Assembly: GCA_951406725.2 (NCBI GenBank)
Contig: OX597818.1
Coordinates: 28,024,001 to 28,088,000 of the forward strand
Reading direction: 5' to 3'
DNA length: 64,000 bases
Source: Octopus vulgaris
Taxonomy: Eukaryota
A program made the position numbers and the translations under genes. Below, one piece after another: positions 61,582 through 64,000 of this stretch (the stretch's first letter is position 1; each line of letters starts with the position of its first letter). A model generated the notes under the pieces. That model had not been told where the DNA came from and made no database searches. It worked only from the letters and a program-made list of their open reading frames with translations.

Positions 61582-64000
61582 TAATCATCATTTTGCGTCC
61601 GCTTTCCATGCTAGAATGGGTTGGACGGTTCAACTGGGGTCTGTGCAGCCAGAAGGCTGCTTCAGGCCCAGTCTGATCTGGCAGTGTTTCTACGGATGGT
61701 GCTTTTTACGTGCCACCAGCACGGGGGCCAGGCGAGGCTGGCAATGGCCACGATCGGATGGTGCTTTTTACGTGCCACCGGCACGGGGGCCAGGTGAGGC
61801 TGGCAACGGCCACGAACGGATGGTGCTTTTTACGTGCCACCGGCACGGAAGCCAGTCAGGGCGGCTCTGGCAACGGCCACGATCGGATGGTTCGCTTACT
61901 TGTCACTGGCACTGGTATCACAGCTGCAATTTCCATTGATGTTGATCGACTTCGATTTTGGTTCTGCTTTCTGATATCTGATTTGATTTGGTTTGATTTT
62001 GATTTGATTTTCACTTGCCTCAACGGGTCTTCACAAGTGGAGTTTTGTGTCCCAAGAAGGAAAGGTATGTATAAGTCGACTGGCTACATACCAGGTAGAG
62101 GCCACGGGTTATGGTCTCACTAGTCTTGCCGGGTCTTCTCACGCACAGCATACTTCTATAGGTCTCGGTCTCTAGTCATTTCCTTGGTGAGACCTAAAGC
62201 GCGAAGGTCGTGCTTCACCACCTAGTCCCAGGTTTACCTGGGTCTACCTCTTCCACAGGTTTCTTCAACTGCTAGGGTGTGGCACTTTTGCACACAACTA
62301 TCTTCAGCCATTCTCGTCACATGACCATACCAGCGCAAACATCTCTCTTGCACACCACATCTGATGCTTCTTAGGTCCAACTTTTTTCTCAAGGTACTTA
62401 CATTCTGTCGATTATGAACACTGACATCGGAGCATACTGGCTTCATTTATTGTGAGCTTACGCATATCCTCAGCAGTCACAGCCCATGTTTCACTACCAT
62501 GTAGCATGGCTGTACGTACACATGCATCATACAGTCTGCCTTTTACTCTGAGCGAGAGGCCTTTTGTCACCAGCAGGGGTAAGAGCTCTCTGAACTTTGC
62601 CCAAGCTATTCTTACTCTAGCAGTTACACTTTCAGCACACCCACCCCCGCTACTGACTTAGTCACCTAGGTAGTGGAAGCTATCAACTACTTCTAGTTTT
62701 TCTCCCTGGAACGTGGTAGAAGTTGGTCTCTGCACATTTTCAGTGGTTATTGCTCCTGAGCATCTGCCACAAACAAAAACTATTTTCCTAGTTAGCCTTC
62801 CTTTGACGTTGCTGCACCTCTTATGTGTCCATAGCTTACACTTGGTGCACCTTATAGAGTTTCTACCTACACCTTTTTTACAGATCGAGAAGGGCCATCT
62901 ACCTGAAGGCGTTTGTGATTGGTCTACCTTCCTACTTATTAGGACTTTGGTTTTGGCTAGGTTGATTCTAAGGCCCTTCGATTCTAATCCTTCCACACCT
63001 GAAACTTCTCCTCCAGTTCTGATAGTGACTCAGCAATTAGAGCAAGGTCATCTGCATAGAGGAGCTCCCAGGGACATCCTGTCTTAAATTCCTCCGTTAT
63101 TACCTGGAGGACTATGATAAATAGGAGGGGACTGAGGACTGAGCCTTGGTGGACCCCAACCTCTACCCGGAATTCTTCAGTGTACACATTGCCAACCGTC
63201 ACCTTACTAGCAGCGTCTCTGTACATGGCTCGGACAGCTCTCACTAACCATTCATCTATCCCTAGTTTCCTCATTGACCACCAGATAAGGGATCGGGGGA
63301 CCCTGTCGAAGGCTTTCTCCATGTCAACAAAAGCCAGGTACAGGGGCTGATCTTTGGCTAGGTATTTCTCCTGCAGCTGTCTTACCAGGAATATAGCATC
63401 AGTAGTACTTTTCCCTGGCACGAACCCAAACTGCATCTGATCTAAGCTAACTCTCTCTCTAATTAGTTGGGCTATAACCCTCTCCGTAACCTTCATTACC
63501 TGATCTAGCAGCTTGATACCCCTGTAGTTATTTGTATCAAGGGCGTCACCTTTACCTTTGTAGCAGTTGACTATTATGCTGCTACACCAGTCATTGGGTA
63601 TGACTCCTTCGTGTATCACCTGGTTAACTAAAGGGTGACAAGGCTATAGCCGACACTACCAGATATTTTGAGCATCTCTACAGTAATTTCTGATGGGCCT
63701 GGGGCTTTCCTTGTTTTCATGCTTGTAATTGCCTTAACTACTAAGGAACTGTCAACTCGGATTGCTGGTCTCTCTGTTGGGTCGACATTCGGCAGACTCT
63801 CTTTATTCCATTCATTTTCCTCATTCAGCAAGTGAACCGTCATCCATGCGAACACATTTCTCTCCTACCACATCATGATTCTCTCTCACACACTGTCTTG
63901 CAACACGAAATACCTCAAGTCTTTCATCCTCTCGGCGCAGAACATTGGCAAATTTTTTCTTATCTGCTTCCCCTCTGGCTAAATACACCTGCCTCCTAGC
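61582..64000 (-). mobile_element. RTE LINE, RT to 3' end, runs off the window; reference copy of the window's commonest family
   Basis: NYRGIKLL, QFGFVPG, FVDMEKAFDRV, GVHQGSVLSP, LLYADD, Cys/His finger, FHYLGD, RWYGHV, ~60-bp UTR repeats, tail. Confidence 0.93.

Noticed and set aside
60979-61939. Long YI/HI-rich ORFs (also at 56-768, 4267-5200, 19001-19272, 40485-41667, 52053-52525)
   Set aside because: Translations of TA/TG microsatellites, which lack stop codons

Overview
AT-rich, microsatellite- and retroelement-saturated animal DNA. The SINE/LINE types and the expanded 18S point to a coleoid cephalopod (octopus-like); this is an inference. Only one host exon is supportable: a phase-1/phase-1 Ig-like exon at 49919-50200 (+). 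The rest is mostly decayed mobile DNA: many RTE LINE copies, a BovB-type RTE with an in-frame internal deletion, tRNA-derived SINEs, mariner and maT/DD37D transposons, two Ty3/Gypsy remnants, Penelope pieces with degenerate hammerhead ribozymes, an R4/Dong remnant, and a near-complete CR1-group LINE. Two items stand out. (1) A GC-rich rDNA-derived island at 28.86-35.1 kb (-) holds an 18S pseudogene, spacer-like subrepeats, and a cassette of [143-nt 28S leader + internally deleted three-zinc-finger R2 element + A-rich tail] bracketed by a ~195-bp direct repeat, away from the canonical R2 site. (2) The CR1-group LINE has an ORF1 pairing a Myb/SANT-like trihelix domain with a CCCH finger, and its 3' stem-loop tail is shared with the local SINE family. 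All boundaries were read by eye and are approximate unless a splice site, TIR or junction is quoted.
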